Assembly (NCBI RefSeq): GCF_030144855.1
Contig: NC_082710.1
Coordinates: forward strand, 153,326,001 to 153,390,000
Source of the DNA: Hypanus sabinus
Lineage: Eukaryota
DNA length: 64,000 bases
Direction of reading: 5' to 3'
The notes under the pieces were generated by a model, which saw only the letters and a program-made list of their open reading frames with translations, did no database searches and was not told the origin of the DNA. Positions 61,029 to 64,000 of this stretch are shown piece after piece. The position numbers and the translations under genes were made by a program. The number at the start of each line of letters is the position of its first letter. Position 1 is the first letter of the stretch.

Positions 61029-61552
61029 GTATGTCTGATAATCAAATTCATCTGATGTTCCTTTTGAGTCCCTGTTTTTATTAGGTAATCTACAGTAATG
61101 TAAACTTGATTCAAAATATGCATTTGGCTTTTAATTAGATGTGGGTTGTGAGCAGGCTGCAGTTTGTGTACAGGTTTGTTTGGATTTATTGATAATAGGT
61201 TGAGCACAATGATAAAATATTTCAAGTAGTTCACACTCTGCAAGTCTTAAACAACATTGACAGCTCAGAAAAGGTTGAGTGTTAGAAGGCTATTGGGCGA
61301 CATTTGAGTATGTCATAACCACATTGAATTCTGCACACTGAGTTGTGTGACAAGAGATTGACCACCCATATAAATCCTACATCGATCCCATTTTTATTTC
61401 TTACATTAATTCTCTTCAGATTCTTGAGGTGAGAAACTGTATATTCTAGAGTTGGTATAATATGCCCATTGGCCGCATAGTTCATTGTGATAATTGATTC
61501 TTTATATTGAATATTTGGTGAGAGGAGTTTTAAATGAGATTTCTTTTTGTAG

Positions 61553-61692
61553 CAACTGAGAAGCCGGATCCAGTTCAGCCAGCGGGTCCTTCACGGCTCA
61601 GTGCCAGCAGCAGCAGTTCATCGGGATCTGACACCAGTAGCACTTCCAGCGGATCAAGTTCATCAGACACTAGTGATTCTGACTCTGGTTAG
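61553..61692 (+). CDS. BRD2: BRD2 coding exon 12 (SEED domain, stop)
   Basis: ttgtag|CA...GGT TAG; SRLSASSSSSSGSDTSSTSSGSSSSDTSDSDSG*. The joined CDS is 2331 nt = 776 aa, with all GT-AG phases consistent. Confidence 0.96.
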
Positions 61693-63135
61693 AGTTGGCG
61701 GCTGCTCTCGCATGTTTCTTTTTGAGGAAATTAGTTTTGGGTTGGTTCGAACTAATCTGCGGGGTCAGAAGAAGTATGAACCAGACTTGGGAGGTATCCT
61801 GTCCCCATGTGCCCATCGTTACTGACTGCAGTGTACATGGTTTGATGTGATTATTTTTTTTACAAAAAAGGAAAGGATTAAAAAAAAATACACATGTGAT
61901 GCATCACGAGGACAGACCTGATAGAGAATTATCCACTCCATAACACATGAACTAGATCTCATAACCCATCTGTCTCCAAAATGTGTGCTGTATTTGGGGC
62001 CAAGTGGGGACTGGAGTTGGGGTGTGGGAGGGTGCTATGGGGTTCTTAAGCCTGTTGCTTGGTTCCTCTTCCATCTTCAGTTGAGGCATCTCGGCCAGGT
62101 CAAAGGAGACTGCAGCCTCTGAACAGAGTCCTCTTGTGCAAAATCGTAGAGAATTCAGTATGCGGGGCGAGCAGTTTTGAACCCACCTGTAGAGTTGCTG
62201 TAAGCAGTTTTGTTTTGGAAGGTGTTTTTCCATTTTGAAAACATTTTAAGCTGTTGGTCTCTGAACTGTCAATCTGAAACCCATGTAATGCAGCAATCTT
62301 CAAAGGAAGTATTTTGAATTTTTTTGAGATTTTAGTTCTTTGCATCTTTTAATATGGCTGGAAGATGAAGTTCCATCTTAGCTGTGAATGGTCACAGTAA
62401 CAATGAGTTTCTGGTTTGGTTGAGAAGCATGTGGGAGGGAGGGAACAGTAATCAACTGAACATGAGCAGAAGGGCTTGTGCTCTGCCCATTTTTATTCTT
62501 TCCACATCCAGTACTTGAATGCAGAGCAGTAATGCTATACCAAGGTGGTGTTGGTCCGTGCACAGTGTGTAAGCAATTGCTTTGTGCCTATCTTATTTCT
62601 CCTCTTTGGTTTGGAGTAGGCTGATTGGATAGTCGTGCTGGTTATCCTCCTACTTGGTGCCGTCATGGTGCACGCACAACCTAGTTTGGAGGGGTGATCT
62701 TGTTTTTAATGTGTACAGTTTAGTTGTAGTCTTCATTTCTGCAAAGGTTACATGAAAAGCTGACAGCTAAATTTAATCTTTTTTCATCCAGTTATGTGGT
62801 GTTTTATTTATTTTGTTACAAAATAATTATGTTTTATATTGTAAAGACTGAACCAATGTGCCTGTTGATGCAGGTACAAGAGTGTAGAGTGAGATTTTAA
62901 CAAGTATTGTATATATAAAGATGCACAATTGAGAAGCATGTTTCTTAATGTAAAGGTGATTTTTATTTTTTATCTTAATCTGTAAAGTTTTTTTTCTACA
63001 GTCCGTTCTTGTTTTTTTTTTGTTATTTGTAGAATTGAACCTCATGTAGCAGTTAACAACTTGTATGTGACAATGTATTTGTTAAACCTTGAGTTCTCAA
63101 TGCTGTACAGTAAAAATGTTCTTTAAAACTGTGTC
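61693..63135 (+). other. BRD2: BRD2 3' UTR (end tentative)
   Basis: Repeat-free, U-rich sequence. No AATAAA was seen; AGTAAA at 63109-63114 followed by a GT-rich tract is the best poly(A) signal candidate. Confidence 0.4.
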
Positions 63136-64000
63136 AGTTAAATTGATTTGTTGGTTTAGATGCTTTTCATTCGACAAGTTAAGATGAGCACAATTTCCAT
63201 GGAATCGGGTGAGATTAAGAGTAACAGAAGATATTGTGTACACCTGAGGGAAATGGATCTAATTTGCTTTTATTTTTCAAAACATTAATTTCCAAAGTCA
63301 TGAATTTAAGCATTGTTAGTTAATTAAACTAATTGTTAGTTTATTTTCAAACAACATATGCAACATGTGAAAAGAATACTCTCAGCAGAATCTGACCCCA
63401 AATTGAAATGAAGAACCAAAAAGGTGATAATATGTGGCATGTTATCTGAGCCATGTGCATGGTGCAGGTTAAGACAGACCAGAGAGCTAATTATGTGTTT
63501 CAAAGATTGTTGTAGGAAAAGTGAGCTTGAATTATTGGGGCAGTGTTGGGGATGAAAGATGTTCCAATGGGACAGGTTCCACCTCAATCATACTATCCAT
63601 TCCGCTCATAATTTTATATAACTATGAAACCCTCCTCAATGCTCCAGAAAATGAAGTCCTAGCTAGTCAGACTTTTCCTTTTTTCTGTACTGTCAACCTT
63701 ACTTTCCAGTAGGTAAGTGACTGAAACTGTAGACAATACTCCAAATTAGGCTTCAGCACTGTTGTACAACTTCAACATAACGTACAATGTGCCAAAAGCT
63801 TTCTTTATGATCGTATATGTGCAATGCTACTTATAACTGATTTTGGACCTGTTTTACCAGATCTTTGTGATATCACACTCAGTTCCCTACTAGCCACTGT
63901 GTAGGACCTACGCTGATTGGTCCCTTTTGAAGTGGAACACCTTGTGTGCATCAAATTTTATCTTATTTTCCAGCTTATTTCTCCATGATAACCTTCCTTG

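Overview
Eukaryotic genomic DNA from a cartilaginous fish, most likely a ray (inferred from the repeat families and the B2M sequence). Two host genes lie on the + strand. The first is beta-2-microglobulin (B2M): exons 2-4 are at 5829-~9390, and the signal-peptide exon 1 was not found in the window. The second is BRD2/RING3: 12 coding exons at 43088-61692 give 776 aa with BD1, BD2, ET and SEED domains, preceded by a two-part CpG-island promoter at ~41330-43330. This is the primordial-MHC B2M-BRD2 linkage known from nurse shark. The ~32 kb between the genes is mostly nested transposons: CR1, Rex1/Babar, L2, RTE, Nimb/I, Penelope, V-SINEs, mariner and pogo MITEs, and a dead hAT. The standout is an intact 4214-bp Gypsy LTR retrotransposon of the CsRn1 type (13951-18164). 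It has identical 214-bp LTRs, an ATAT target-site duplication, a tRNA-Trp primer site, a CHCC Gag, an open Pol with a C-terminal AT-hook, and a complete -1 frameshift signal (G_GGA_AAC plus a 12-bp stem and a predicted pseudoknot). Other leads are a promoter-dependent uORF/N-terminal-extension arrangement in the BRD2 leader, a candidate BRD2 poison micro-exon, a 106-bp fold-back palindrome in B2M intron 1, and decayed Penelope hammerhead ribozymes. No CRISPR, rRNA or tRNA genes were found. Repeat boundaries are approximate unless a TSD or TIR is given.
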